From assembly GCA_963771175.1 (NCBI GenBank), contig CAVYSY010000036.1, positions 32,001-96,000 of the forward strand: a stretch of 64,000 bases of DNA, given 5' to 3'. The translations under genes and the position numbers were made by a program. The notes under the pieces are model-generated. The model saw nothing but the letters and a program-made list of their open reading frames with translations, searched no databases and was not told the origin of the DNA. Positions 22,894 through 33,801 of the stretch are shown here, piece after piece. Within the stretch, counting starts at the first letter, position 1; each line of letters opens with the position of its first letter. The DNA is from an uncultured delta proteobacterium (GTDB lineage Bacteria; Myxococcota; Myxococcia; Myxococcales; Myxococcaceae).

Positions 22894-24867
22894 TCAGGGG
22901 CAAGAAATGGGTGCGAAGTTCCCGTCGTAGAGACCGACGCAGGTGTACTGGCCGGTGGTGGTCCTCGAACTGCGCGATACGTCCCGCCAAGCTGCGACTG
23001 GCCAATCCGTACATTGAAATACGGCGTGCGAGTGACGCTGGCGGAGGCGCCCGTGATGATGGCGTTCTGGACGGTGATGGTGCGGAGCGTGGTGCCAGAG
23101 TTGTAGGAGGAGATGCCCTCGTTGGTCGACGCCGCGCCGCTCGCGGTCATGACGCTGTTGCGCACGGTGGCGTTGGCATCGTGCACGAAGAAGCCGTTGG
23201 AGTCAGTGCCACCGATGCCGACAGCCTCCACATTGACCAGCACCACGTCGCCCTGGGCGTATATCGCCCAGTTGGAGTCGGCACCGCTGGCCTTGGAACT
23301 CACGTTGCGCAGGTAGACGGTACCGCGACGCGTGTAGATACCCACGGTCTGGTACGGGTCCGTGCTCGGGCTCGGGCTCACGCTGGTGACCGTTGCCTCG
23401 ACAGCGGACTCCAGCAGGTTCACCGTGCAATCAAAGCAGCGGAAGCCGCTGGAGTAGCCGGAGTCGCTGATCGCGAAGGCGCGCAGATTCTTGAAGGTGC
23501 CCTGCGCGTTCCTGAGGACGATTCCAAAAGTGACGGAAGTGCCACCGCGAGAGGTGGCGATGATGTCGTGGACGTTGAAGCTCGCGGCCTCGCTGTACAC
23601 GGCGATGGCTTCAGCGATCCCACCTGTGTTCTCCACGGTAAGGGAGCTCAACACGGCGCCTGCTGCCCCCACCACGGTGCCGGCGTTGATCGCGTCGACG
23701 GAGGAACGCAGGGTGGTGGCATTCTCGCCGGAGCCCTGGAGGTGCATGCCCGGCTTGAGGCGGAGCGGAGTGGTCCCGAGGTCATAGACACCCGGCTCCA
23801 CCTGGACCAACCACGTCTGGCCATCGGGGATGCCCTCGACGGCGGCGCGCAGCGCATTGCCGCTCTCCACGTCCGTGGCCCCCGGGCTGACCACCTTCGT
23901 GCGCACGTACACCACGCCGCCCGGAGGCCCCATGGGGCCAGTGTCGCCCTTGTCGCCCTTCGCACCTGGAGCGCCCGGAGCACCCACATCGCCTTTGTCG
24001 CCCTTGGCCCCCGTGTCGCCCTTCAGACCGTTGCAGATGAAGCGGGTGAGCGAGACATTGAACTCGCCCGGCATCGAGCATGCCGTTGCGATTGGTGTCG
24101 AGTCCGACATCCATCCGGCTGCCACCCGCGGAGCAGTTGGAGCCCGCCGGCTCGTCCGAGTTCACCACCAGCGTGCTCAGTCCATTCTCCCCAGCCGCAC
24201 CCGTGTCACCCTTGGCGCCCGTCAGACCCGTGTCGCCCTTGGCTCCCGTCAGACCCGTGTCGCCCTTGGCCCCCGTGTCGCCCTTCAATCCCTGCACGCC
24301 ATTGCAGACGTAGCGGGTGAGCGAGGCGTCCACCTCGTCCGTACCGAGCGTGCCATCGCGGTTGGTATCGAGACCCACCTGCATCCGGCTGCCCCCGGAC
24401 GGGCAGTTGACGCCCGCCGGCTCGACCGAGGTGGCCACCAGCGCGCTCAGGCCATCCGCACCACCGGCGGGCCCGGGCAGGCCCCTGTCGCCCTTGGGGC
24501 CCTGGGCGCCGTTGCAGACATAGCGGGTGAGCATGGAGTCGATCTCCGCGTCATCGAGGGAGCCATCGCGATTGGCATCCGCGCCGACCACGAGCCGCAC
24601 GCCGCCCGTGGGGCAGGCAACGCCTGGCTGCTCGGCCGAGGTCAGGACCAACGTCTTGAGGCCCTCGGGGCCCTGGGCGCCCGGGGCTCCCGCCGCCCCT
24701 GATTGTCCGGGCTGACCCGCGGGACCCCGAGGCCCCAGGTCTCCCTGGGGACCGGGCTGACTGCCGCATGCGGTGACGAGGACGAGGACTGCGGCACGAA
24801 GAGAGAGGGTTCTCAAGCCCAAGGTGGAACTCCGAGAGGCGAGGGGGTGCCGCTCGCTCTTACTCAA
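22894..24867 (-). CDS. Surface lipoprotein with collagen GXY segments, three Cys-bracketed DxNxDG repeats and a C-terminal beta-helix-like domain (frameshifts)
   Basis: Lipobox LVTAC; ORFs 23782..24867 and 22860..24125; repeat E.AG.NC..GG.R..VG.D.NRDG.L...LTRY.CNG; likely end GQYTCVGLYDGNFAPISCP* at 22894. Confidence 0.75.
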
Positions 24868-25087
24868 AGCCGCATGGCGGAAGATAGCCCCCTGGGAACG
24901 GCTCCAGGCGCATCACGGTCGACCGACCAGGAGGGGAATCCCTCGTCGTGCGGGTCCCTGACGGAGCGACCTGCCACGGGCCCTCCTGCCCTCTGCTCGT
25001 GCCACATCCGCCTCGAGCCCAGGGCCACACTTGCGGGCCCCCGGGAGCACACCGCACCTTCAGGAGGACATTGCCTCGGAGGCCATC

Positions 25088-25423
25088 ATGTGGGCTCGCT
25101 GGTCGAATCTCGTCCTGTCCGTTTGGCTCGTCCTCTCGCCGTTCGTCCTCGGCTTTGATTCGCCAGCGGCACGCGCCAACACCGTCACCGTGGGCCTGGG
25201 CCTCTTCCTCTTCGCCCTGGTGGCCGAGGCCATCCCGGCCTTCCGCTTCGTCGACACGGCGCTCGGCTTGTGGCTCATCGCCTCGCCATTCCTGCTCGGG
25301 TACCGCAACGAGCTGGCGCCCACCGCGAACAGCATCCTCGTGGGCCTGCTGGTGACGGCCCTATCGCTCGTGCGCTCGCCCGGGAGGCTGTACCTGCGCC
25401 CGCGGCGCGCAGCCCATCCGTGA
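25088..25423 (+). CDS. SPW-repeat small membrane protein
   Basis: WLVLSPFVLGF and WLIASPFLLGY repeats. Confidence 0.85.
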   Translation: MWARWSNLVLSVWLVLSPFVLGFDSPAARANTVTVGLGLFLFALVAEAIPAFRFVDTALGLWLIASPFLLGYRNELAPTANSILVGLLVTALSLVRSPGRLYLRPRRAAHP

Positions 25424-25454
25424 CGGGGGAACGGGCGGGCCCTCGCCCCCCGCC

Positions 25455-26534
25455 CTATCGCGCGGCGTCGAGCCAGGGGCGGAGCCGTGCATCCGGCTGC
25501 GCCTCACCGCGCACGCCCGGCTCCACCGAGAGCTCCAGCGTGTGGAAGCCCCGCGCCTGGATGCCCTCCAGCAGCGCGGCCCGCTTCTCCTCGTCCGGGG
25601 CGAACAGGATGCACCCGTCCCCGCCACCGGCGCCGGACTGCTTGCCCACGCACCCGTACGCCGCGGCCATGCCCAGCACCCGGCGCATCGGCTCGGTCTC
25701 CAGCGGGCCCAGCTCCTGGAGCAGCACGTGCTGCTCGCGCACGGCCTCGGAGAAGGCGCGGAAGTCCCCGCCCCCGAGCCCCACTTCAATCTCGTGCCCC
25801 AGCGCGTCCGAGCGCTCCACGAAGGCCCGGCGCCCGGACTCGCCCATCCGGGCCTCCACCTGCGAGATGAGCACCCGCGTCGAGGCGCTCTCCCCGGTGA
25901 AGGCATACCCCAGGGACAGCTTGGGGTTCGGCAGGCGCCACACGTCCACCGCGGGGGCCGCGTCCAGCGCCGCGCGGTAGCCTCCGGCGCTCGACGCCTC
26001 GATGAGCCCCGCCACCTCGTAGCGCCGGTAGCGCGCGATGCCGCCCGCGTAGCTCGCGGCCACGTCGCCGCCGCTGCCCTTCCCGCCCTGGGCCGCCGCG
26101 TGCGACACCAGCGCCACCTTCAGCGCGTCGAACTTCTCCTCCAGCACGAAGCGCACCGCGTCCGCCGCCAGCACCGTGGCGCACGCGCTGCCGCCCATGC
26201 CCAGCTTCTTCCCGTTGGGCCCCACCGCCGACGGCGCCACCGCCAGGTCGAAACCCACGGACTCGCGCCCGTGCAGCCGCAGCGCCTCGTCGAGCGTGCG
26301 CGCCACGAAGGAGAAGCCCGCGGGCACCTCGCGCTCCCACCGCACGCCCCGAGGCGTCGTCCGCCCCGACAGCGTCCCCTCCTCCAGGCAGAGGTGCACC
26401 TGGCTGTCCGCGCGCCGACGCACCAGCGCCGCCGTCCGCGGGCCCACCGCCGCCACGCGCGACACGCCGCCCCACAGCACGGCGTACTCGCCAGACACGA
26501 ACAGCTTCCCCGGGGCCGAGAGGGCGCGCTCCAT
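25455..26534 (-). CDS. Phosphomevalonate kinase (GHMP)
   Basis: APGKLFVSGEYAVL, KLGMGGSA, SGGDVAAS, KQSGAGGGDG; mevalonate operon context. Confidence 0.88.
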   Translation of the reverse strand: MERALSAPGKLFVSGEYAVLWGGVSRVAAVGPRTAALVRRRADSQVHLCLEEGTLSGRTTPRGVRWEREVPAGFSFVARTLDEALRLHGRESVGFDLAVAPSAVGPNGKKLGMGGSACATVLAADAVRFVLEEKFDALKVALVSHAAAQGGKGSGGDVAASYAGGIARYRRYEVAGLIEASSAGGYRAALDAAPAVDVWRLPNPKLSLGYAFTGESASTRVLISQVEARMGESGRRAFVERSDALGHEIEVGLGGGDFRAFSEAVREQHVLLQELGPLETEPMRRVLGMAAAYGCVGKQSGAGGGDGCILFAPDEEKRAALLEGIQARGFHTLELSVEPGVRGEAQPDARLRPWLDAAR

Positions 26535-27527
26535 CAGAAGAGGTGCTCCGCCAGCAGCGCCGCGTCACCGCCCGGCACGCACCGCACCACCTCGGTGGCT
26601 CCGCACGCCCGCGCCACCGCCTCCGCCGCCACCTCGTTCGCCGCGTCCGTGAGGATGCACGGGTTCGGTCCCGCGTCGAGCGTGAACCACACCGGCACGC
26701 CCTTCCTCCGCTGCTCGCGCAGGGAGTGGATGAGCTCGAGCGTCCTGGGCATCAGGTAGCAGAGCGGCGGATCCGCCGCGAGCGACGTGGCATGCATCCG
26801 CCACGCGTTGCGCTCGCACATCTCGCCCAGCGCCTGCAGGTCCTTCCGGGCGAGGAAGTCGCGGGCGTGCACCACCTCGGCCTCGGCGTCCTTCACCCAG
26901 GCCGGGTAGTAGGGGCTGGTCTCCACGGCGTTCTTCATGCCGTCGCGCGACTTCACTTCCTTCTCGTCGCGGCTGACGATGGCCACCACCATGCGCAGCT
27001 CCGGCCAGTGCTTCTCGTCGAAGCGCTGCACCGCGTAGCTGTCCGTGCCGTCCGGGCGCTCGCCGCGCATCCACTCGCAGAAGCCGCCCTGCACGCTGCG
27101 GCACGCCGAGCCGCTGCCGAGCCGGGCCAGCAGGCTCGCCGCCCTGGGGTCCGCCGGCAGCCCCGCCGCCGCGCGCGCCGCCACCGCCAGCGCCGCGAAG
27201 CCCGCCGCGCTGCTCGCCAGGCCCGCGGAGGCCGGGAAGTCCCCGCGCGACACCATCCGCGCCGGGCCGAGCTTCGCGTCCTTCGCCTCGGCGCGCACCG
27301 CGTCCAGCACGCGCAGCACGCGGTCGCGCTCGCTGCCCTTGGCCACGTAGCCGTTGAGCTCCACCTCGTCGGCGGAGCCCACCCCGAAGGCCACCGTCGT
27401 CCGCACCGACAGCGGCGACAAGCGTCATCGAGAGGCTCGACTGGTGCGGGAGGATGAGGGCGTCGTCGCGCTTGCCCCAGTACTTCACCAGGGCGAGGTT
27501 GGGGTGCGCCTGGGCGGTCGCCTTCAT
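26534..27527 (-). CDS. mvaD: Diphosphomevalonate decarboxylase (frameshift near 27420)
   Basis: AHPNLALVKYWGKRD, GLASSAAG, ARLGSGSACRS, TLDAGPN. Confidence 0.92.
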
Positions 27528-28480
27528 GCCGCCCCCCTTACGCCCTCGGCGCCCGGACCCGCGAGCTGGCTGTCGAAGCAGCGGATGCCCAGCCGCGTGA
27601 GCTCGTGCACCACCGGCTCCGTGCTCCTGGAAGAGGCCGATGACGGCACCACCGTCGCCGCCGGCCCCGGTCAGCTTGGCGCCCAGCGCGCCCATGTTGC
27701 GCAGCCGATGCACCATGTCGTCCAACCCCGGCGAGGACAGGCCCAGCGCCGCGAGCAGGCCGTGGTTGACGTTCATCACGTCCCCGAGCGCCTCCAGGTC
27801 GCCCTCCTCCACCGCCTCCGCGCCCTCCGAGGCCAGCAGGCCGATCTCCCGGAAGAGGCGCTGGTAGCGATCCGGCCAGCGCTTCTGGCGCTCGCGCAGC
27901 GCGCCCACCGTCAACTTCGTCGGGCTGCGCGCGCCCACCATCACCACCACCAGCTTCACCGGCTTGGGGCTCTCCACCACCTTCGCCCGCCCCTGCTCGG
28001 CGCCCGGCTTGCGGCGGTAGAGGATGAGCTGCTCCATGGCGCTCGTCGTGTGGTCCACCCCCGACGGCGTGCCGTGGAACTCCTGCTCCATCTCCCAGGC
28101 CACGCGCCGCCACCTCGGTCGCCGTCGCCTTGCGCCCGGCCGCCTGCAGCAGCACCCGCGCGCACGCCACCGACAGCGCGCCCGAGCTGCCCAGGCCCAT
28201 GGACAGCGGCAGGTCGCGTGTCGAACGACACCTTCACCCCGGGCTCATCACAGGCCGCCGTGGCCCGCGCGAAGGCCGCCTTGAGCACCTTGCGCTGCTC
28301 GGCCGTCAGGGCTTCGGGGATGACGAGCTGGCACTTGCTCGCGGGCTCACCCCGAGCCCTCACGCCGCGCGACAGCGGTCCGGCCAGGGCCGGGTAGCCG
28401 TACACCACGCTGTGCTCACCGAGCAGGATGACCTTGCCGGAGCCGAAGCCCGCCAGGGAGGAAGTGTTGTCCGTGTCCAT
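27524..28480 (-). CDS. mvk: Mevalonate kinase (frameshifts)
   Basis: GKVILLGEHSVVYG, GLGSSGA, HGTPSGVD, GAKLTGAGGDGG. Confidence 0.9.
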
Positions 28481-28551
28481 TGCGTGTCCCGTCTTCGGTG
28501 GGAACACGGGAAGCTCCCGCCCCAACCCTCTCCCCTCGGGAGAGAAAGGTT

Positions 28552-29885
28552 TCAACCTTCGGTGCCCGTGGCCGCGCGGAAATCCTCCGCCGACAGCGAG
28601 GCGAGGATCTCCCGCGCCTTCTCCACCTTCACCTGGCCGGCCGTCACCAGCAGCTCGGCGATCTTCTCCACCCAGTCGCCGCGCGCGCCCGCCGTCACCG
28701 CCACGCAGCGCGCGTGCAGCGCCATGTGGCCCTTCTGGATGCCGACCGAGCCCAGCGCGCGCACCGCCGCGAAGTTCTGCGCCAGGCCCACCGCGGCCAT
28801 CACCATCGACAGCTCGCGCGCCGACTCGCACGCGCAGCAGCTTCAGCGCCGCCTGCACGCCCGGGTGCACCTTGATGGGGCCACCCACCGTGCCCAGCGC
28901 CAGCGGCAGCTCGATGCGGCCCACCAGGTGTCCGTCCTCCAGCGTGCCAGGTCGACAGCGGCCGGTACTGCCCGTCCCGGCAGGCGAAGGCGTGCGCGCC
29001 CGCCTCGATGGCGCGCCAGTCCTGGCCCGTGGCGATCGCCACCGCGTCGATGCCGTTCATGATGCCCTTGTTGTGCGTGGCCGCCCGGTAGGGATCCGCC
29101 AGGGCGAAGCGGCTCGCCTGGTACGATGCCCTCGGCGATGGCCTCGCCCGGCATGTCGAAGTCCGCCAGCAGCGCCACGGGAATCCGGCACGTGGCGCGC
29201 GCCAGCCGCCGGTCCGCCAGGTTGGAGAGGATGCGCAGGAACACCTTGCCGCCGGTGAGCTGCTCCAGCAGCGGGCGCCACGCCCTCGGCCATGGTGTTG
29301 ATGAGGTTGGCCCCCATCGCCTCCTGCGTGTCGATGATGAGGTGGACCACCAGCAGCGGCTCGCCGCGCGGACCCTCGGGGGCCGGCAGCACGCGCACCT
29401 CGATGTCCTTGCAGCCCCCGCCGCGCTTCACCATCGACGGGTGGAAGCTGTTGGCCAGCGCGAGGAGCTGCCTCCTTGGACGCGAGGATCTTCTTCGTCG
29501 CCTCGGTGGGGTCCCCGTAGCCGGTGAGCTGCACCTGGCCGATCATGATGGGGTCATCGGCCTCGGCGGTGAAGCCGCCCGCCTCGCGGACGATCTTCGC
29601 CGCGAAGGACACCGCGGCCACCACCGACGGCTCCTCCACCGCCATCGGCACCAGGTAGTCCCGGCCGTTGACCTGCAGGTTCAGCCCCAGCCCCAGCGGC
29701 AGCGAGAACGTGCCCACGGCGTTCTCGATCATCTGGTTCGCCAGGCCCGGCTGCAGCGCGCTGAGGCCCTGGAGCTGCGCGAGGTCCATCTCGTCCAGGC
29801 CCAGCATCTGCGACAGCTTCTCGTGCCGCTCGACCATCGACAGCTTGTGGAAACCGGACAACCGGGACGTCAGAATTTCAGACAT
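28552..29885 (-). CDS. mvaA: Class II hydroxymethylglutaryl-CoA reductase (frameshifts)
   Basis: SRLSGF, MIENAVG, MAVEEPSVVAA, AMGANLINT, RAATHNKGIMNG, GLAQN, GIQKGHMALHAR. Confidence 0.92.
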
Positions 29886-29933
29886 GTCTTCTGTTCTCCA
29901 CCGCGGAGGCACTTCGCCGTGCGGGAATAATCC

Positions 29934-31019
29934 CTACAGTGCCGCGAGCCAGTCCTTCAACTGCCCCATGATGACCCGGGGTTTCTGCCGCAGTTCACCG
30001 CTGTTCTTGCTGCCGGTGAGCACGAGCGCCTGACGAAGGCCGGAGAGGATGGTCTCGAGCGCCTGCTCGGCCCCTCGCAGGCCCCCTTGCTGCTGGGCCC
30101 GGAAGAGGGGCAGCGCCGTGCCGGCGATATCCGCGCCCAGGGCGAGCACCTTCGCCGCGTCCAGCCCGGTGCGCAGCCCGCCCGAGGCGATCAGCCGGGC
30201 ATCCGGGCCCACGGCCTTGCGCACGGAGGCGATAGCGGCCGCGGTGGGGATGCCCCAGCTCGAGAACTCGGCGCCCACCTGGGCCTGCACGCCGGTGGCG
30301 CGAAGCTGCTCCACCCGCACCCACGAGGTGCCGCCCAGCCCCGACACGTCCAGGTTGCGCACGCCCAGCTCCACCAGCCGGCGCGCCACGTCGGGGCCGA
30401 TGCCGCAGCCCGTCTCCTTCACCAGCAGGCGCACACCAAATTCGCGCACCAGCCCCTTCACCACCTTGTAGCCACCGCGGAAGTCGCGGTCTCCCTCGGG
30501 CTGGGTGAGCTCCTGCCCGGCGTTGAGGTGCAGCGCCATGCCATCGGCGCCAATGACGTCCGCCAGCCGGCGCACCCCGTCCACGCCCATCCGCACCGCC
30601 TGGTACAGGCCGATGTTGCCCAGCAGCGGCACCGTGGGGGCGATCTGCCGCACCTGGAAGGTCTCCGTGAGCTGCGGGTTCTCCGCCATGGCCCGCTGGC
30701 TGCCCACGCCGAAGGCCAGCCCATACTGCTCGGCCAGCGTCGCCAGGTCCCGATTCACCACCCCGGCCCGCTCGGTGCCCCCCGTCATTCCGGTAATCAG
30801 CAGCGGGTAGCGCAGCCGCTTGCCCAGGAACTCGGTGGAGAGGTCCACCTCGTCCACGGACAGTTCCGGCATCGCGCAATGCACCAGCCGCACGCACTCG
30901 AGCAGAGTGCTGTTCTCCACCGGCTCGACATCGCCGGTGGCACACAGGTCGAGGTGGGCGTCCTTCCGCTTCGCCGTCACCTCCTCACCCGTGAGTTCCG
31001 CCTGACTCTTGGAAGGCAT
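29934..31019 (-). CDS. fni: Type 2 isopentenyl-diphosphate delta-isomerase
   Basis: RKDAH, ITGMTGG, GSQR, HLNAGQE, VKETGCG, GGTSW. Confidence 0.95.
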   Translation of the reverse strand: MPSKSQAELTGEEVTAKRKDAHLDLCATGDVEPVENSTLLECVRLVHCAMPELSVDEVDLSTEFLGKRLRYPLLITGMTGGTERAGVVNRDLATLAEQYGLAFGVGSQRAMAENPQLTETFQVRQIAPTVPLLGNIGLYQAVRMGVDGVRRLADVIGADGMALHLNAGQELTQPEGDRDFRGGYKVVKGLVREFGVRLLVKETGCGIGPDVARRLVELGVRNLDVSGLGGTSWVRVEQLRATGVQAQVGAEFSSWGIPTAAAIASVRKAVGPDARLIASGGLRTGLDAAKVLALGADIAGTALPLFRAQQQGGLRGAEQALETILSGLRQALVLTGSKNSGELRQKPRVIMGQLKDWLAAL

Positions 31020-31168
31020 GTGTCTGGAAAATTCCAAAAAGATTAAGAGTGTCCGCGATCCGGGAATCCCTAGCAAGCGGGGCAAGCAGGCGCAAGCTGC
31101 GCCTGTGCGACAGGCACCCCCACCGAGCGTGCATGGACGGGGTGGGAGCCGGACGGTATGAGGGCGCC

Positions 31169-31579
31169 GTGAGCACTCCCGCGCCCAAGGTGGTCGTCTT
31201 CCTCCACAGTGGGGACTACGATCGGGTCCATCAGGGCCTGTCCATCGCCGCGGCGGCGGTGGCGTCCGGCCGGCGCGCCGAGGTGTACCTCTTCTGGTGG
31301 GCCCTGGAGCGCTTCCTCCAGGGTCGCCTGGACGAGCCGGACTTCACTCCCCCCCGCGAGGACGTGGCGGATCGCTTCGAGACGCGCCGCATCCCCACGC
31401 TGCGCCTGCTCCTGGAACACCTGCGCGAGTCGGGACTGTGCACGGTGCAGGGCTGCACGGGCTCGCTGGGAGCGCTGGGGGCCGAGTCCCAGGCCGACAA
31501 GGGGCCGATCGACGGCTGGGTCGGCTGGAGCGCCATCCTCCAGAGGACGGCGGGCGTGGTGGACCGCTTCTACCTCTAG
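31169..31579 (+). CDS. DsrE/F-like small protein
   Basis: VVVFLHSGDYDRVH...YLFWWAL...CTGS. Confidence 0.7.
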   Translation: MSTPAPKVVVFLHSGDYDRVHQGLSIAAAAVASGRRAEVYLFWWALERFLQGRLDEPDFTPPREDVADRFETRRIPTLRLLLEHLRESGLCTVQGCTGSLGALGAESQADKGPIDGWVGWSAILQRTAGVVDRFYL

Positions 31580-31663
31580 TCCGGTTCGATTGACCCGCCT
31601 CGTCGCCTGCTTACGTTCTTTCAGTACCCGGGAACGGGGAAAGGAAAGGCAAGGCAACGTCTC

Positions 31664-32626
31664 ATGAGTGCTGGCGGAATGTATGGATCGTCGATGCCCC
31701 GGGAGGCCCCGGGCCCGCGCGGGAGCGGCTGGGGACACCGGCTGAGCAACGCGCTGAAGACGACGGTGCTGCTGGCCGGCCTCACGGCGCTCATGCTGCT
31801 CGTGGGCCAGCGCCTGGGAGGCGCTCAGGGGCTCGTCGTCGCGGGCTTTTTCGTCATCATCATGAACTTCGTCTCGTACTGGTTCAGCGATCGGATCGCC
31901 CTGGCCATGCACGGGGCCCAGCCGCTGGAGTACGCCGAGGCGCCGTGGCTGCACCAGATGGTGGAGCGGCTGGCCACGCGCGCGGGCATGCCCAAGCCGA
32001 AGGTGTACCTGCTGCCCACCCGGGCGCCCAACGCGTTCGCCACGGGCCGCAACCCCCAGCACGCCGCGGTGGCGGTGACGGCCGGCATCCTGGACATCCT
32101 GGACCAGCGGGAGTTGGAGGGGGTGCTGGCGCACGAATTGGGGCACGTGAAGAACCGCGACACCCTCATCGGCACGGTGGCGGCCACCCTGGCGGGCGTC
32201 ATCAGCTACGCGGCGCAGATGCTCTTCTGGTTCGGCGGCTCCCTGCTCAGCCGCGATGACGACGAGGAGGGGCTGGGCCACACGCTCGGCAACCTGGGAG
32301 TGCTGCTGGTGGCGCCCATCGCCGCCACCCTGCTGCAGCTCGCGGTGAGCCGCTCGCGCGAGTACGGCGCGGACGCCATGGGCGCGCAGCTCGGCGGAGA
32401 CCCGGACGCCCTGGCGGACGCGCTGCTGAAGCTGGAGCGAGGCGCGGAGCTGATGCCCTATGACCGGGCGCCGGCCACCTCGCACCTCTTCATCGTCAAC
32501 CCACTGTCCGGCGGTGCCATCATGCACCTCTTCTCCACGCACCCGCCCATCCCCGAGCGGGTGCGCCGCCTGCGCCAGATGGGGGCCAGTCAGGGCTCCC
32601 GCGCCTGGCGCAGCGCCTGGGCGTAG
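31664..32626 (+). CDS. htpX: Zinc metalloprotease HtpX
   Basis: PNAFATGRNP, HELGH, SRSREYGAD, LFSTHP. Confidence 0.93.
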   Translation: MSAGGMYGSSMPREAPGPRGSGWGHRLSNALKTTVLLAGLTALMLLVGQRLGGAQGLVVAGFFVIIMNFVSYWFSDRIALAMHGAQPLEYAEAPWLHQMVERLATRAGMPKPKVYLLPTRAPNAFATGRNPQHAAVAVTAGILDILDQRELEGVLAHELGHVKNRDTLIGTVAATLAGVISYAAQMLFWFGGSLLSRDDDEEGLGHTLGNLGVLLVAPIAATLLQLAVSRSREYGADAMGAQLGGDPDALADALLKLERGAELMPYDRAPATSHLFIVNPLSGGAIMHLFSTHPPIPERVRRLRQMGASQGSRAWRSAWA

Positions 32627-32633
32627 CCGGTGA

Positions 32634-33521
32634 CTACCCCGCGGCCGACACGGGCGACGAGCCCTCGGCCGCGGGCTTCACGGGGGCCAGGCCGTCGAGC
32701 TTGTCGAAGTTCTCGAAGGGGTTCTCCATCATCTCGCGCAGCGTGTTGGCCAGGACGCTGGCGTGGAAGCCGTCGATGTAGCGGTGATCGAACGTGGCGT
32801 TCACGTTCATGATCTTCCCGACCACCACCTTCCCGTCCTCCACCACCGGCGCGTCCTTGATGGCGCCCGGGGCGATGAAGATGGGCACGCGCGTGTAGGG
32901 CACCAGCGGCACGTAGGCCGTGTCCAGCCCCAGCGAGCCCACGTTGGTGACGATGGCCGAGCCGAACGCGTCCCGGGGCATGCCCGCCCAGCTCATGTCC
33001 AAGTTCAGCGTGTACATGAGGAAGGAGATGAGCCAGGTGAAGAAGTTGAGGAAGAGGTAGGGAATCCTCTGGATGGTCCCCTTGCTCTTCTCCAGCATCT
33101 CGTCCTTGCGCTGGCGGACCTTCTGCACCGCGGCCTCCAGCTCGGCGGAGATCTCCCGGAGCGACTTCTGCTCCGCGTCGTCGATCTTCGCCGAGGTGAG
33201 GTCCACCTTCCCGCCATCCGTCTGCACCACGAGGGTGGAGATGGTGATGCGCTGGCGCAGGTAGATTTTGTTGAAGCGCAGGATGGCGTTGGCATCCGGG
33301 CAGCGGCGAAGGGCCTCGGCCATGGCCTTGGCCAGCAGGTGCGTGACGGTGAGACGGATGCCCGTCTTCTGCCGGAAGGCCTCGATGTAGGCGACGGCCT
33401 TGTCCATCCGCAGCGTCAGCGTCCCGTACACCGTCGGGTCGTACGCGGTCTTCCAGCTCCCGATGGCGAGCTTGCGGAAGCTGGAAACGTTCTCCTTGGG
33501 AATGAGCTCCAGATGCGCCAT
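32634..33521 (-). CDS. 2-oxoacid dehydrogenase E2-like acyltransferase, catalytic domain only
   Basis: FDHRYIDG catalytic motif, TNVGSLG; no lipoyl domain. Confidence 0.85.
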   Translation of the reverse strand: MAHLELIPKENVSSFRKLAIGSWKTAYDPTVYGTLTLRMDKAVAYIEAFRQKTGIRLTVTHLLAKAMAEALRRCPDANAILRFNKIYLRQRITISTLVVQTDGGKVDLTSAKIDDAEQKSLREISAELEAAVQKVRQRKDEMLEKSKGTIQRIPYLFLNFFTWLISFLMYTLNLDMSWAGMPRDAFGSAIVTNVGSLGLDTAYVPLVPYTRVPIFIAPGAIKDAPVVEDGKVVVGKIMNVNATFDHRYIDGFHASVLANTLREMMENPFENFDKLDGLAPVKPAAEGSSPVSAAG

Positions 33522-33737
33522 GACGCGGTCGTCCCTCCAGAAAAGTGCGCGCGAGCCCGCCAGCATCGCGTTTTCCGGCGCTCGGAGAAAGCCCCCCTGC
33601 TCTACTCTCCGCCACCCGGGCCGCCCGAGCACCCCGTCTCCCAGGCTCCTAACTTGAGGAACACCCCCCTTGCCCGCCACCGCGGGCGAGAGGGGCTGGG
33701 CCCGGTCCAGTGGCCGGAGGGCGGACGACGAGCCCTA

Positions 33738-33765
33738 TTGACGTCTCGCCTCCGGACGTTAGGCT
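33738..33765 (+). promoter_or_regulatory. Possible sigma70-type promoter
   Basis: TTGACG-N16-TAGGCT upstream of a GGAGG RBS and GTG 33802. Confidence 0.4.
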
Positions 33766-33801
33766 GCGCCGCTTTTTGCATCATTTTTGGAGGTCTCCCT
33801 C

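Noticed and set aside
25455..31019. Mevalonate operon as a novel horizontally acquired feature
   Set aside because: The mevalonate pathway is the established isoprenoid route in Myxococcus-type myxobacteria, and codon usage matches the host.
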